Positions 1 to 12,516 of a stretch of DNA of 64,000 nucleotides are shown piece by piece; the stretch's first letter is position 1; each line of letters starts with the position of its first letter. This stretch comes from the human T2T-CHM13v2.0 reference genome, Homo sapiens. A program made the translations under genes and the position numbers. The stretch lies in the NCBI GenBank assembly GCA_009914755.4, contig CP068257.2, positions 40,736,001-40,800,000 on the forward strand. Direction: 5' to 3'. The notes under the pieces were generated by a model that worked only from the letters and a program-made list of their open reading frames with translations, ran no database searches and had not been told where the DNA came from.

Positions 1-921
1 GATGGTTGGTAAGGGAACCCCAGAAATGGGAGTGCCTAGGCTGCGAAGCTGGGGTGGGCGTGCATCACTTTGCCCAGGAGCTTCCTACTGAAGAAGGAGC
101 TCCTTTCCCGGGGAGGGGGTGTAAAGGGACCAAATCTTCCCACCCCAGGCCAGAGTTTCCTCTGTGGGGCGCATTCTCCCCAGACAAGTGAACATTTTCT
201 AGGTGGACCTTTAGGTCACATAAAAAAAATCACTCGGAAAATCCTGAACATGAAATATTTCGCTCTTTGGAGTGCTTTGATATCCTAACAAAAGGAAAAG
301 AAAAGGCATCCTTCAAGGGCCAGTAGCTCTTTCCCCATTTTCCTGGATCTGCTTGGTCTTTTTTTACCTCGCCACACTCCGAGTCAGGAACACACTATCA
401 CTAAGCGGGTGGGAGAAGTGGACCCGTTCACCTCTGCCGGCGGGACCCTCCCGGGACTGCCCGGAGCAGGACGTTGTGGATGAGGTTTGTCATTCGGGGT
501 CATGTGGGGGAGAACGGGGAAGCCACGGGAGAAGGGGCCAGGTCTGCTTGAGTTGGGCCCTCTCTGGTACCCAGCACAGTGCAAGACACTCAGTAGCCTC
601 CAAATGCAGATGGGCTTGCAATAAAACAGGCAACGCCTCTGAACGTTGCAACACCTGGGGAGGCAACAGGGATGAGCCGCTGTTTCTAGAACCATCACAG
701 ATGACGCAGTGGCAATGCTGGAGGCTATAAACTTATTGAATAGACGCTGTCTTTGCCAAGAACATTCTGGAATTGCCTTCAGAATCCCATAGGAGGCAGG
801 GGCCCTGGCCTCGATGGCACTGAGGCAGCGAGGCAGCTCCCCTCCCTGCACCCCACCTCTACGGACGGAGGAGGAATCATGGTGTCCGGGAACCAGACAG
901 AGAGTCCCACAGCGACGTTAC

Positions 922-1068
922 CTTCCACAGACTTCGGGAAGAAGCACCAGGGCACTTCAAAGATGAAGTTGGAGAAGCAGCACTTCCGAGAGGCGCATTC
1001 CTCGGGGCTGATGCCCGGGTAGCCACAGTTTCTTCGGTCTGAGACCTCCATGACGCACTGATCCGACT
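922..1068 (-). CDS. TFF2: TFF2 coding exon 3: second trefoil domain, (E)SDQCVMEVSDRRNCGYPGISPEECASRKCCFSNFIFEVPWCFFPKSVE
   Basis: This exon lies inside ORF 779..1672(-). The acceptor is ccatggcag|AG and the donor is GAA G|gtaacg. The exon is 147 nt, phase 1 at both ends. The final coding exon (AC TGC CAC TAC TAA, 14 nt) was searched for in 1-921 and not found, so it is presumably upstream of position 1. Confidence 0.88.
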
Positions 1069-1174
1069 CTGCCATGGGACAGGCACAGCACCGAGACCCA
1101 GTCAGGCCTGCTGTGCCCTGGAAAGCTCCACCCCTTCCTCCTCTGAGAGCAGCGCTGATTTGCAGCCTCCGTGG

Positions 1175-1290
1175 ATCATGAGGTGCTGCCTGGGGCAGCA
1201 TCCCCCGGGACGGCCTCCCCCGGGGACTGTGGAAGTGTCGGCCCCTGGGACCGCCTCCCCCGGGGACTGTGGAAGTGTCGGCCCCAGCGA
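1175..1290. repeat. Tandem duplication of an about 37-bp unit (cctcccccggggactgtggaagtgtcggcccc), two copies, in TFF2 intron 3
   Basis: Two near-identical adjacent copies are visible. Confidence 0.7.
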
Positions 1291-1994
1291 CGCTTGGCTG
1301 GCCTGTCCTCCGCGAAGGTGGGGCCCATGTGGGGTGGTCACAGTCAGAAGCTCTGGAGTCCCCCGCCTTGGGGAAATCATTTTGCCTCTCGGGACTCAGT
1401 GTTCTCAGTAAATGGGGTGGTCCCCCGGGCCAAGATGAGAAAAGGTTTGTGGGCACCTTGGTAAGATGGAAAGCGTTTGGACATGGTATTGATTCCCAAA
1501 GACACTGCCATTCAGTGGGCGCTCGTGAACAATCCACCATCTGCCTGGTTTCCCTGCGGGGCCCAGCAAGCCTCCCAGCAACAATCTTGGGGATGAATCC
1601 TCCTTCTCCAGAGGACGTGCCTGGTTCCACGCACACAGGTGCACGACACACACACAACCTTCCTTTGAGCACTCGTCGGCGTTACAACTTGGGTCCTGAT
1701 CCCGTGCACTAACATAAAACTCACTCCCAAAGAACCCTAGAAGGCTTCACTTCCTTCCCTAACATTTGAGGGCTGTCAGCCCTTATGTTACTGCTGTCCT
1801 ATTAAATACCTTCATTTCCCCATGGAAGCTTCTTCAGAAGTCACACTTCAAAAACTAGAGGAGACCTACTATATATATATATATTTTTTTCTCAACTAAA
1901 GTAAAACTGATGGCTCCACACACACATGTCTGTTGAAAGAACTAACAGTGTAGAAACAGGGTAGGTGGGAAATTTTCATCTCACTGTTGGCTGA

Positions 1995-3222
1995 CCTGGG
2001 TTACCTCTAGACTAACAGTCCAGGCTGGCCCCAGGCTAACCAACCTGGGCTACCTCTAGACTAGCAGTCCAGACTAGTCCCAGACTAACCAATCTGGGCT
2101 ACCTCTAGACTAACAGTCCAGGCTAGTCCCAGACTAACCAACCTGGGCTACCTCTAGACTAACAGTCCAGACTAGTCCCAGACTAACCAACCTAACCAAC
2201 CTGGGCTACCTCTAGACTAACAGTCCAGGCTAGTACCAGACTAAACAACCTGGGCTACCTCTAGACTAGCAGTCCAGGCTAGTCTAAGACTAACCAACAT
2301 GGGCTAGCCCCAGACTAACCAACCTGGGCTAGCCCTAGACTACCTCTAGACTAGCAGTCCTCTAGGCTACCTCTAGACTAGCAGTCCAGGCTAGTCCCAG
2401 ACTAACCAACCTGGGCTAGCTCCAGACTAAACAACCTGGGCTAGCTCCAGACTAACAAACCTGGGCTAGCCCCAGACTAACCAACCTGGGCTACTAGCCT
2501 CAGACTAACCAACCTGGGCTAGCTCCAGACTAACCAACCTGGGCTAGCTCCGATTAACCAACCTGGGCTAGCCCTAGACTAACCAGCCTACGCTAGCCCT
2601 AGACTAACCAACCTGGGCTAGCTCCAGACTAACAAACCTAGGCTACTAGCCCCAGACTAACCAGCCTATGCTAGCCCTAGACTAACCAACTTGGGCTAGC
2701 TCCAGACTAACCAACCTAGGCTACTAGCCCCAGACTAATCAACCTGTGCTAGCTCCAAACTAACTAACCTGGGCTAGCCCTAGACTAACTAGCCTACACT
2801 AGCCCTAGACTAACCAACCTGGGCTAGCCCCAGACTAACCAACCTGGGCTACTAGCCCCAGACTAACCAACCTGGGCTAGCTCCAGACTAACCAACCTGG
2901 GCTAGCCCCAGACTAACCAGCCTACGCTAGCCCTAGACTAACCAACCTGGGCTAGCTCCAGGCTAACCAACCTGGGCTACTAGCCCCAGACTAACCAACC
3001 TGCGCTAGCTCCAAACTAACCAACCTGGGCTAGCCTTAGACTAACTAGCCTACACTAGCCCTAGACTAACCAACCTGGGCTAGCCCCAGACTAACCAACC
3101 TGGGCTAGCCCCAGACTAACCAACCTGGGCTAGCTCTAGACTAACCAACCTGGGCTAGCCCCAGACTAACCAACCGGGGCTAGCTCGAGACTAACCCACC
3201 CAGGCTAACCCTAGACTAGCAA
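1995..3222. repeat. Complex minisatellite (VNTR) in TFF2 intron 2: about 49-bp units (gggctacctctagactaacagtccaggctagtcccagactaaccaacct) grading into about 25-bp units (gggctagccccagactaaccaacct), 1.2 kb in total
   Basis: The tandem periodicity is directly visible and degenerate. The array lies between TFF2 exon 3 (1068) and exon 2 (3317). Confidence 0.9.
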
Positions 3223-3316
3223 CTGGGCCTCCTCCGGCCCCTGCTCTGGGCTCCGCCTGTGAAGCTGGGTCCTGGGTTGCCAGCTGCTGGCCCAGGAAGA
3301 TTCCCTGGAAGATTAC

Positions 3317-3466
3317 CTTGCTTTGGGAGGGGGTGGAAACACCAGGGGACCCCAGTGACACTGGAGTCGAAACAGCATCCATTGTCAAAACACTGGTCAC
3401 TGGTGATTCCAGGGAAGCCGCAGTTCGTCCTGTTATGGGGGCTCAGCCTGGAGCACTGGCAGGGGG
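3317..3466 (-). CDS. TFF2: TFF2 coding exon 2: first trefoil (P) domain, (S)[49 protein letters not shown]
   Basis: This exon lies inside the six-frame ORF 3216..3596(-). The acceptor is ccacag|CC at 3467-3468 and the donor is G|gtaatc after CAA. The exon is phase 1 at both ends and 150 nt long. The six-cysteine trefoil motif is intact. Confidence 0.9.
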
Positions 3467-3681
3467 CTGTGGAAAGACCCTCAGTCGGCCCCACCCTGGT
3501 ACCCCAGACCACACTGCTCCTTCTCTCAGAGGTTCTAGGGGATGCCTCTACTGTCTTGTTGCCACATAGAGAAACACAAAGTCTTATCTTGCCCATATTT
3601 AAGCAATGCGGTTTCCTCCTGAGAAGCCGATAGGGCTTTGCTGAAATTGTTATATTAGTTTAAAAGGAAAAAAAAAAAAAA

Positions 3682-3988
3682 GCCAGGCATGGTGGCTCAT
3701 ACCTATAATCCCAGCACTTTAGGAAGCCGAGGCGGGCAGATTGCTTGAGCTCAGGAGTTCAAGACCATCCTGGGCAACATGTCGAAACCCCATCTCTACA
3801 AACAATACAAAAAAAAAAATTGGCCGGGCATGATGGTCCACAACTGTGGTTTCAGCTACTCAGGCGGCTGAGGTGGGAGGATCACTTGAGCCTGGGAGGC
3901 AGAGGTTGCAGTGAGCCAAGATCACACCACTGCACTCCTGCCTGGGCGGCAAAGCCAGATCCTGTCTCGGAAAAAAACAAAAACAAAA
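3682..3988 (+). mobile_element. Alu SINE, full length
   Basis: The element begins GCCAGGCATGGTGGCTCA and shows the dimeric Alu structure with a middle A-rich linker and an A-rich tail. Confidence 0.9.
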
Positions 3989-4314
3989 CCCTCCTAGAGG
4001 AGGGTGAACAGATGGACCCAAGGCCAAGATCCAGGCGAGAGGTGAGTGCTCTGGGACTCCAAGGACCCTTGGTGGGAATGCCCTCCTGGCCCGACACGGG
4101 GCCCGCTGACACCTGCCGTCACTCAGCCTTTCCCTAGGAGGGAGGCCCTTCTTGGAGCCACCCTCCTGAGCAGTGGCAAATCCCATGTGAACAACACACA
4201 TTGCCAGATGCCTTTATAGCCATTCCCCCTCTCAAGTTAATTTATGGTTGTGCTTTTTTTTTTTCTTTAAGAGAAATAAAGAAAGCACATAAAAAGACCC
4301 TCTCCTTCACTTAC

Positions 4315-4393
4315 AGGGTTTCTCACTCCCCGCCAGGGCACATAGCCCCAGGACGAGGAGCGCTGCCAGGAGCTGGGCGTCTCGCCGTCCCAT
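4315..4393 (-). CDS. TFF2: TFF2 (trefoil factor 2, spasmolytic polypeptide) coding exon 1: signal peptide MGRRDAQLLAALLVLGLCALAGSEKP plus the first nt of a Ser codon
   Basis: The minus-strand sequence reads ATG GGA CGG CGA GAC GCC CAG from 4393 in good start context. The translation matches the TFF2 signal peptide exactly. The exon ends at a GTAAGT donor at 4314-4309 in phase 1, and a TATAAAA lies about 65 nt upstream. Confidence 0.9.
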
Positions 4394-4454
4394 GTCTAGC
4401 TCAGCTGCACCCCAGGGTGGCTTGCAGAATGCATGGTGTCCACTGCCGGGTATG

Positions 4455-4461
4455 TTTTATA
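4455..4461 (-). promoter_or_regulatory. TFF2: TFF2 TATA box (TATAAAA on the minus strand)
   Basis: TATAAAA sits about 65 nt upstream of the TFF2 ATG, consistent with a short 5'UTR of about 35 nt and a TSS near 4430. Confidence 0.6.
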
Positions 4462-5369
4462 ATCTCCCCTCTGTTTGTCCAACAAGCAGAGATAACCTTT
4501 CTTCTCTGCCCCGTGGCCCCAGCCCTTCCACCGTGGAGGCGAAGAGGAGGCAAGAGGCAGCTGTGCCCTGTGCAGGCGAGGCTTCCGGGCCAGGGTGACT
4601 CTCTCCCTGCTCGGTGATACTTCTTCCTGCCCTGGACAGAGAGTTGGGTCATGCCAGGCTGCCAGCGTGGAAAACCGGCCACGTGCAGGTCTGGGGCTGG
4701 GCACACACAGGGTCACACCCAGGAAGGGATAAGCTATGCATTTCTATTGATAGAGTGGGCAGGGACCACAGGAATTTAGAAAATATTAGGGCCAAGTTTA
4801 CTGGGGAAAATGTACAGGCCAGCAGATAGCATGGAAAAGTCCCCTCCCTGAGGAAGGGAAGCATCTCAGAGGAGGTAAGAGACTGCTCCCAGGGCTGTGG
4901 TTAGAGCCTCCCCAACCGCAGCACGATGCCCTTTGTCCCATCTTCAGCAGGAGGGGCTGCTCTCCATGGAGATGAGGCTGACAGGGTCAGCGGAGTAGCC
5001 TGTGACAGGCAGGTTTTAATAAGTTCATTTTCAGCCAACCCCTGAAATGGGTTATTTTTGTTCCATGGGAATGCTCTACATCTTCTGAAAGATGGCACCT
5101 GGGACCCAGCCCATGGCCTTCCTGGGGTAGGATGTGCTGGAGAAGGATTCTGTGGACCTGACAGAGAAGACAGAAGCCAGAGAGTAGACACCCGGAAAGA
5201 AAGAGGGAAAAGTGTGGTGGGAAGGACAGAGGGGACCCGAAGTTCCCCACGCCAGGGAAATGACAGGGGGTTGCCAGTCTGTTTCTGATGGTTGAGCAGT
5301 CAGGGGCCCAGAGACGCAGGAAACCCAAAATCCTTGGTCCACCACGGGGCTGTCCTCAGGGTCTGGAGA

Positions 5370-5852
5370 GCAGGCCCCATACTCCAGGCCCCCATCCTCC
5401 AGGCCCTCGTCCCCCAGGCTCCATCCTCCAGGCCCCCATTCTCCAGGGCTCCATCCTCTAGGCCCCTGTCCTCCAGGCCCCCATCCTCTAGGCCCTCATC
5501 CTCCAGGCTCCATCCTCCAGGCTCCATCCTCCAGGTTTCATCCTTCAGGCCATCATCCTCCAGGCCCCCGTCCTCCAGGCCCCCATCCTCCAGGCCCCAT
5601 CCTCCAGGCCCCCATCTTTCAGGCCCCTGTCCTCCAGGCTCTTGTCCTCCAGGCCCTCATCCTCCAGGCCCCTGCTCCTCCAGACCCTCATCCTCCAGAC
5701 CCTCATCCTCCAGGCCCCCATCTTTCAGGCCCCTGTCCTCCAGGCCCTCTTCCTCCAGGCCCTCATCCTCCAGGCCCCTGTTCCTCCAGACCCTCGTCCT
5801 CCAGACCCTCATTCTCCAGGCCCCCGTCCTCCAGGCTCCATCCTCCAGGGCT
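5370..5852. repeat. 15-bp minisatellite (ccatcctccaggccc)n, about 32 copies, 0.9-1.4 kb upstream of TFF2
   Basis: The array has a regular 15-nt period. It creates a spurious 234-aa Pro/Ser-rich ORF (5292..5996 +). Confidence 0.9.
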
Positions 5853-8139
5853 CCTCTGGGTCCGGGTCAAGTACCTCCAGGCTCTCTGCTGACTGTTCAC
5901 CACTGGGCAACCACAGGGACTCGATCCATGAAAACTCTGGCAAGGTCAGTTTCCTTGTTCTACATCCCTGTCACTTTAGTCACCATCATGATATAAGTGA
6001 CTGAGTCATTGTTTTCTCTCATATTCCCACCCACCTCTCCTCTCTGCTTCCTCCCCATCAACTCGACTTCCCACCGCTCACTGCAGCCCCTTCAGGATTC
6101 CTGCTGCGACCACCTGACCCATGCAAAAGAGACCACTTCTCAGCCTCTCTCACTCTCCTGGCCCTGGCGGAAGCCTGTGTTGTCATAGGCATGCTTCCCT
6201 GGAATCCTGCTCAGGCCCCCACGCAGGGACACTGAGTGCCCACAGAGTTGGGAAACCATTACACGAGATGGGATGTCTGCAATAGAGTGGCATCGCTAGT
6301 TGAAAGTGGAGCTGTTCACAACCTCCACAACTGTACTTGGTGGCCACGTCCCCATCACATGGGCTCAGACTGGGGGCTGGACATTGACTTTGAGCCCCAA
6401 GTCTTCACCCTCATGCAAAAACCATCCTCCTTGGAGATGCAGGCTGGGAAGGGCGCCATGTCCGGAGTCCCTGCCCTGCTGTCATCTGCCGACCTTTGTG
6501 CAGCCTGTCCCTTTCGTTAAGAATTTCAGCACTGAGTTCACTGTGTTCCTTGTCATGCTAAGACTTGGCCACATCCCAGGCATCTTCAACATGGCGGTCG
6601 ATGTTTCATCAAAATTCACAGTCGCTCAGATTTTATTTTTCCTCATCTCTAGGAACTTCCATCTCCACTCCACTTCTGCCACTTCTGCCACCCTCCCATG
6701 ACCACACTCAGAACTTGAGCTCCACCTCTGAAAGAGGGTATGCAAATGTCCTTTCTGCCCAGGATGTCCTAAGCTCCTAACATTCTCCCTTTGTCTGAAT
6801 CCTAAAGCCCTCCAATCCCCTATTCCCCTGTGAGCCCCCTCCTGTCTATCCTTCCTTCCTGCTTCTCCAGCCTGATTTCCACAGTGCTCACTTCACCCAC
6901 CGTCTTCCTCACTGCTGTTTCCCACTGTCTCTGTGCCTATGCCATCTGCCTAGCATGGCCGACACCTACCTTGAATTGTTGCCACTCTCAACGCATGATC
7001 TCAGCGCCATCCAGGCACTCAGGGCTGGCGCCCTCCTCTTTCTGTCTATCCTTCTCCACCCCTGCTCACTTCCATTTTGCACACTTTGGGGATGATACTT
7101 TCCATCAGTTCACATAGAAAGTCAACAAATGGGAACCACCTCAGCTATCACCCATGTGGACTTCCGCTTTTGACTATGGAGTCACTGGTACCAGGCTAGC
7201 CTCCCACCATGAGTAACTCTAAAACTACATAAGTAACAGTCTGCAGATGCTGAGCAGCAGGCAGTGCCAGACAGCGATCCCTGAGAGAAGGGAAACAATA
7301 GGGGGAGTCCCATGGCTGCCTTGGTTTCCTGGAGACGCTCTCCAGACTACAGCACAGGGAGGGGAACCCAAATAGCACTGAAGTCCCATCGGGCTGAGGA
7401 GACAGAGGTCAGAATTGGAAGCTTCTGAGGCAGGCGGGTTATCAAGGTAAGAGAAGGAAGCTCCAGAAATATAAAAGTGTGTCCTTTGAGCTTTTCATCA
7501 AATACTATGCTGTTCGTGCCCACAAGGCCAGGCTAAGTAGCCCCTGGGGACAGAACAATCACTGGGGAGGCTAAACTGAACAACTAGTGTAGGGTTCGTG
7601 GGGCTGGAAAGCATTTGAGCTCAGAGCAGCCAGAGGTGTTGACCACTTCAAGCATTCAATAAAGGCCATGCCGTAAAAAGAAGGCTGATCTTTCTAGAGG
7701 AAAGCTACTCAAAATCCATTCGAACAAAACTTTAAAACAAGTCTTGCAGGAATCAAGTTAACCTGCAAGTAAATTAACTGCTTGTATTAGTTCACTCAGG
7801 TTGCTGTAACAAAATACTACACATTGTGTAGCTTAACCAACAGAAGTGTACTTTCTCACAATTCTGGTGCCCAGAAGTCCAAGATAGGGTGTCAGCACAT
7901 CTGGTTTCTACTGAGGCCTCTTTCTGCTTGCAGATGGCTTTTTTTCCCCATATCTCACATGGTCTTTCCTCTGTGCACGCACATCTCTGGCGACTCTTTT
8001 CTTATAAGGACACCAGTCAAATTGAACCAGGGCCCACCCTAAGAGCCTCATTTTAACCTGATTACCCCTTTTAAGACACTGTCTCCAAATGTAGTCACAT
8101 TCTTAGGTAATGGAATTTAAGGCTTCATATATGAATTTG

Positions 8140-9440
8140 GGGGAAATAATTCAACCGATAACACTACCTGAGAGAGCAAAGCATTCAACACTTTACTAAT
8201 GAAGACAGCAAAACCTAAATACACAACATAACATCCCTAACGTCTAACAGAAAATCAGAAGTTACTAGATGTGTGGAGAGAACTAGGAAATATGGCCCAT
8301 AATCATTAGAAAAATCAGTGAACAAAAACAGACTTAGACATGGCATAAAATGTTCAAAGATTGAAAGAAAAACATAATATAATAAAGGAACAAAAAGGAA
8401 TCTCAGTAGATAAATGGAAACTAAAAATTAACCAGGTACAAATTTTAGAAATAAAAAATACAACATCTGAAATGAAAAATACACTGTATGGGTTTTTGAT
8501 TAGATACTATTAGATGCTGCAGAGGAATGGTCAGTTTACTTGAAGTGAAGCCAGTGCAAGATAAACTATGCGAACTAGAGCATAAAGTGAAAAAGGGCTA
8601 AACAAATAAACAAGATTCCAATGACCGGTGAGACAATGTCAAGCAATCTAACATACATGTAATTGATGTACCAGTAGGAGAGGAGAGAAAAAAATCTTTT
8701 AAAGAAATACTTGATCAAGAATGAGTATTGAGTAAATATTCATTAGATTTTTCTGAAGTTGGTGAAAAGTATAAACCTACAAATCTTAGAGGCTCAAAGA
8801 ACTTCAAGGAAGATAAATACCAAAAATATCACATCAAGGCACAGCATGATTCGTCTGTTGAAAATCCGGTGATTTAAAAAACTCTTAAAGCAGCTGGAGG
8901 AAAAGACTTCTATAATTTGAATGTCCCTCCAAACTCATGTCGAAACTTAATCCCCAATGTGGCCGTATTGAGAGGTGGGGCCTTTAACAGGTGATTGGAT
9001 CGTGAGAGCTCCGCTCTCATGAATGAATTAATCCACTCATGAATTAATGGATTCATGGGATGATGGATTCATGGGTTATTGTGGAAGGGGACCTGGTGGC
9101 TTTATACGAAGAGAGACCTGTGCTAGGACATGAACACACTCAGCGCCCTCACCATGGAATACCCTGGGCTGCCTTGGGACACATCTGAGAGTCCCCACCA
9201 GCAAGAAGGCACTCAAGAGATACAACCCCTCAACCTTGGACATCCCAGTCTCCAGAACTGTAAGAGATGAAGTTCATTTCTTATAAATGACCAGTTTCAA
9301 CTTAGCAACAGAAAATAGGCTAAGACAAAGACATACAGCATGGAGGAGAACATAATAACAATAATGACTGATAACACAGTATTATTTACTCAACACTCAT
9401 TCTTGATCAAGTATTTCTTTTTATCTGATAATGCAAACCA
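8140..9440. mobile_element. Old interspersed-repeat block, probably LINE-1-derived, containing oppositely oriented segments
   Basis: The sequence is A-rich and low in CpG, with motifs typical of old L1 ends (for example ...tccagaactgtaagagatgaagttcatttcttataaatgaccagt..., ...aatccccaatgtggccgtattgagaggtggggcctttaacaggtgattgg...). The family was not verified. Confidence 0.35.
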
Positions 9441-9592
9441 GAAGACAATGGGATAACATGTGTAAGTGCTAGGGAAAAGTTCTATACTCTGAAAATATGC
9501 TTTCGAAACAATTGCAGAGTTGATTCATTGTGACAAAGACTGTAAGGCCTCCAAAACCTACAATATTTACTATCTAGCCGTTTAAAAAAATC

Positions 9593-9806
9593 CAGGCTGG
9601 GTGCAGTGGCTCACGCCACAATCCCAGCACTTAGGGAGGCCTAGGTGGGCAGATCACCTGAGGTCAGGAACAGCCTGGCCAACATGGTGAAATTCCATCT
9701 CTACTAAAAATACAATAATTAGTCAGGCATGGTAGCTCATGCTTGCAATCCCAGCTACTTAGGAGGCTGAAGCAGAAGAATCGCTTGAACTCAGGAGAGG
9801 TTGCAC
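9593..9806 (+). mobile_element. Alu SINE, 3'-truncated
   Basis: The element begins caggctgggtgcagtggctcacgcc and loses Alu similarity after about 210 bp. Confidence 0.8.
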
Positions 9807-12516
9807 ATACCCCTATATTGTAGCCTTAAGCTGTCTAAAAATAAAGTTTAAAAATAACAATGGAGGGAAATATTTGTATTCTATTTTTCTTAAGAAAATG
9901 TTACAGAAATGAGCCTTGTGAGCCTTAATCCTTTTTCCTCCCTCTATAATCTTGTCCTGAAATTAAGATATTTAGTATACTGGTTGTTGGGAGACAGTTC
10001 TCCATAAAGTTCTCACATTTCTGCACATCCTGTGAATAAGAAACTAACTATCCTTATGGCATAAGACCTAAACTTAAGGCACAATATTAAGTACTGCCTT
10101 GACATCTGGTGAAACAGAGAGGGCCTCAAGCAGCCTCACCAAAAGTTCCCCTCCCATCTCTACTCGTGGATAAGGTCCCCTAGCCAAACAACCCTCCCTA
10201 TCAAGGGGTCAGGCACTGTGCTTGCTTATCCGTGAGTAGCAGATTTCAGTTTTCTGCCAGCCCACAGAATTATTTAAACAAGCCAATTGCATCCTCCTGG
10301 GGGAACCACTAGCCACTACGCCCTCTTGATACTACAAAGCCTGCTTTCCGCAGCCTTTGCTTATTCACTCTGCTCCTGAATGCCACCTCTGTGTGGCTCC
10401 ACATGGCACAGTGTCCTCAGCCCCTGAGCTATAAGGATATGGGACTCACAAACTGCTATTGTTCTCACCTATGTTGTGTTGGGGTTGGCGTGTTCAGTCA
10501 TCCCATCATCCTAGGGTGAAATCCCTCCCTCACTAACGAAATGCATAGGAGGCAATTAAAACAGTTCTTTCTTCCAGACTATCTCTCCAAGGATGTTTGG
10601 GTCACAAACAATCTTGGAAAGTGGATAAAGTGTCTCCCTCTGAAGCAAAGAGCAGGCAAGCTCACTGTCCCTTATAAAACACTTGGATCCCTAAGTCCAG
10701 GGCTTCTCTCCTATAAGGCAACCCACTGTGTGTGCAGGTACCCATGTGAGCCCATTCCCGGTCCCAGTCCCTTGGGGGTCTTGGAGGCAAAGAGAACCAA
10801 CACAAGTAACCTTTCTTCATGCTGCTTGCTGTAGCATGAGTAATAAAGTCATTTATCTTTGAACCAGGAATCTCCTGTCTTCTGCCAGCAAACAGGAAAC
10901 TGGCAGACTCACCTGCTGGCTTGCACGTAGGATATAATAAGCTCAGCCCTTCCCACTTCTCGACACTGATAGACTAGATCAGATGAAATGTAGAAAATTC
11001 TTCCAATACTTGCCTTTAGCTTCACTGAGTCCCCTTGTAGCACGTGCATGTGTGGGCATGTATGGTTTGGTCTAATTTAGTCTGTTTGCTACCTCAAAAA
11101 TGTCCAGCTCAGGGCACTGTTAAGAGCTGAAAAGAACAAGTCAGAAATCCTTTAAAAATAATACTATTTATTCTTGTGTTACCAACTGGTGTCTTCTGTC
11201 TACTTGGACCTTTAAGTCAGGGAACCCCTTCTTCCTAATGGCCATCCCTTCCTTCTGGTAAGTTACAAGGACTGGGATTTGCCAGGTGTGTGTCTCTTTC
11301 TTATGAGCTGATGTTTCCTATCAGACTCATAAAAATTAAATATTGCAACAAACCACCCCTCCCTCTACTTGCAAAGAAAGGTGAGGGAGTTTTCTTAAGT
11401 TAACGATATCTTTCCCAGTGACCCTACAAATATGAACTTAAGCCACAGCTTGCCTTCGAGAATTAGTTCCTGGTCTGACCTTTAGTTCAATAAATGCCCT
11501 GAACAGAACCCTGTTGTGTAGGAAATTATCTAGAAGCAACTGTGGCCTCCGAGTACATAGCCAGTGGCAGAACAGAGGTGTGCATAGACCAAATTAAGGT
11601 GTGAAACCTGCTATTTATTAAATCGATTGACAGCACGTAGTGAAAAATGAAGGGAAAGAGAAGGTGAACACCTCATACAGGTGTGGGAGGGTAGAAGGAC
11701 CACATGCCTGAATTCTGGCCACGAGGAACTCACGCATCCTCTCCGTCTCTCCACCTTCTCCACCAGGGTCATAGTAATGGACATCTCAGCTGGGGACCAG
11801 GAGGTGGAGGGAGCCTGGGGCTAACACATGCTCTTGCTTTGTCTAAGAGATTCTGGGGGAGGGCTTGTGAGCTCAGCTGCAGCCCCGCACGATCCACAGA
11901 GCAGCCCATGTTTACTGCGCATTTCCGGGGCCAAGCGCAGGGTGGGTGGTCACCGTGAGCTGCTGGTTCAGGGCTGAAGGAGTTGTCAGCCTAGAGCACA
12001 CCATCGGTTCCCTGTGATGCGGCCTTCTCATCCTTTTCTCTCCCTAATGACGTTCTTGTTGGTTCCATCCTTCTCATCACACAGCATATCTCACAGAAGA
12101 CCACTCTTTCACTGTCCACCTTGAATACTCCTTATGAATGTGTGCCCCCATATGCACCTGACATACCTCCAGTTTCCCAAAATCCACTTTGTTTTCTTGC
12201 CTCCCACAGCAGAATTGCCTTATCTCACACAGTGGTGACAGCACTCTGTAATAATCTGCATGGGCCAGGGCTCCTTGGTTGCAGGTAACAGATACCACTG
12301 TTACGGCCCAACTCTGTTCTTCTATGTTGAAGCCGGAACCCCCAGCGCCTCAGAATGGGATCACATCTGGAGAAGGCGCCTTTAAAGAGGTGATTAAAAT
12401 TGTGAAATCAAGTTTAGCCTAAAGCTTCCCCCTTACATATTTTAAATTTGGACTAAAGGTTTCTCTGTACATCGTGAACTGTAACAGGTGGAGGCGTAAA
12501 CCGACCGTAGCCTACA

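Noticed and set aside
1-921. Search for the terminal TFF2 coding exon (…DCHY*, expected on the plus strand as ttagtartggcagtc preceded by ct)
   Set aside because: No match was found in positions 1-921. The exon is most likely just upstream of the window start. A superficially similar string, cagtagctc, near 320 does not fit.
779-1672. 297-aa minus-strand ORF, the longest in the window
   Set aside because: It embeds the genuine 147-nt TFF2 exon 3 and reads through both flanking introns. The splice sites and the known TFF2 protein show that only 922-1068 is coding.
1995-3222. Regular short tandem repeats that could be mistaken for a CRISPR array or another prokaryotic repeat system
   Set aside because: The units are contiguous with no unique spacers. 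The context is a human intron flanked by Alu elements and spliced exons. This is a eukaryotic minisatellite.
5292-5996. 234-aa Pro/Ser-rich ORF, and the overlapping minus-strand ORF 5300..5527
   Set aside because: It is produced entirely by a 15-bp minisatellite. It has extreme low-complexity composition, no splice or start context, and lies in the TFF2 upstream region.
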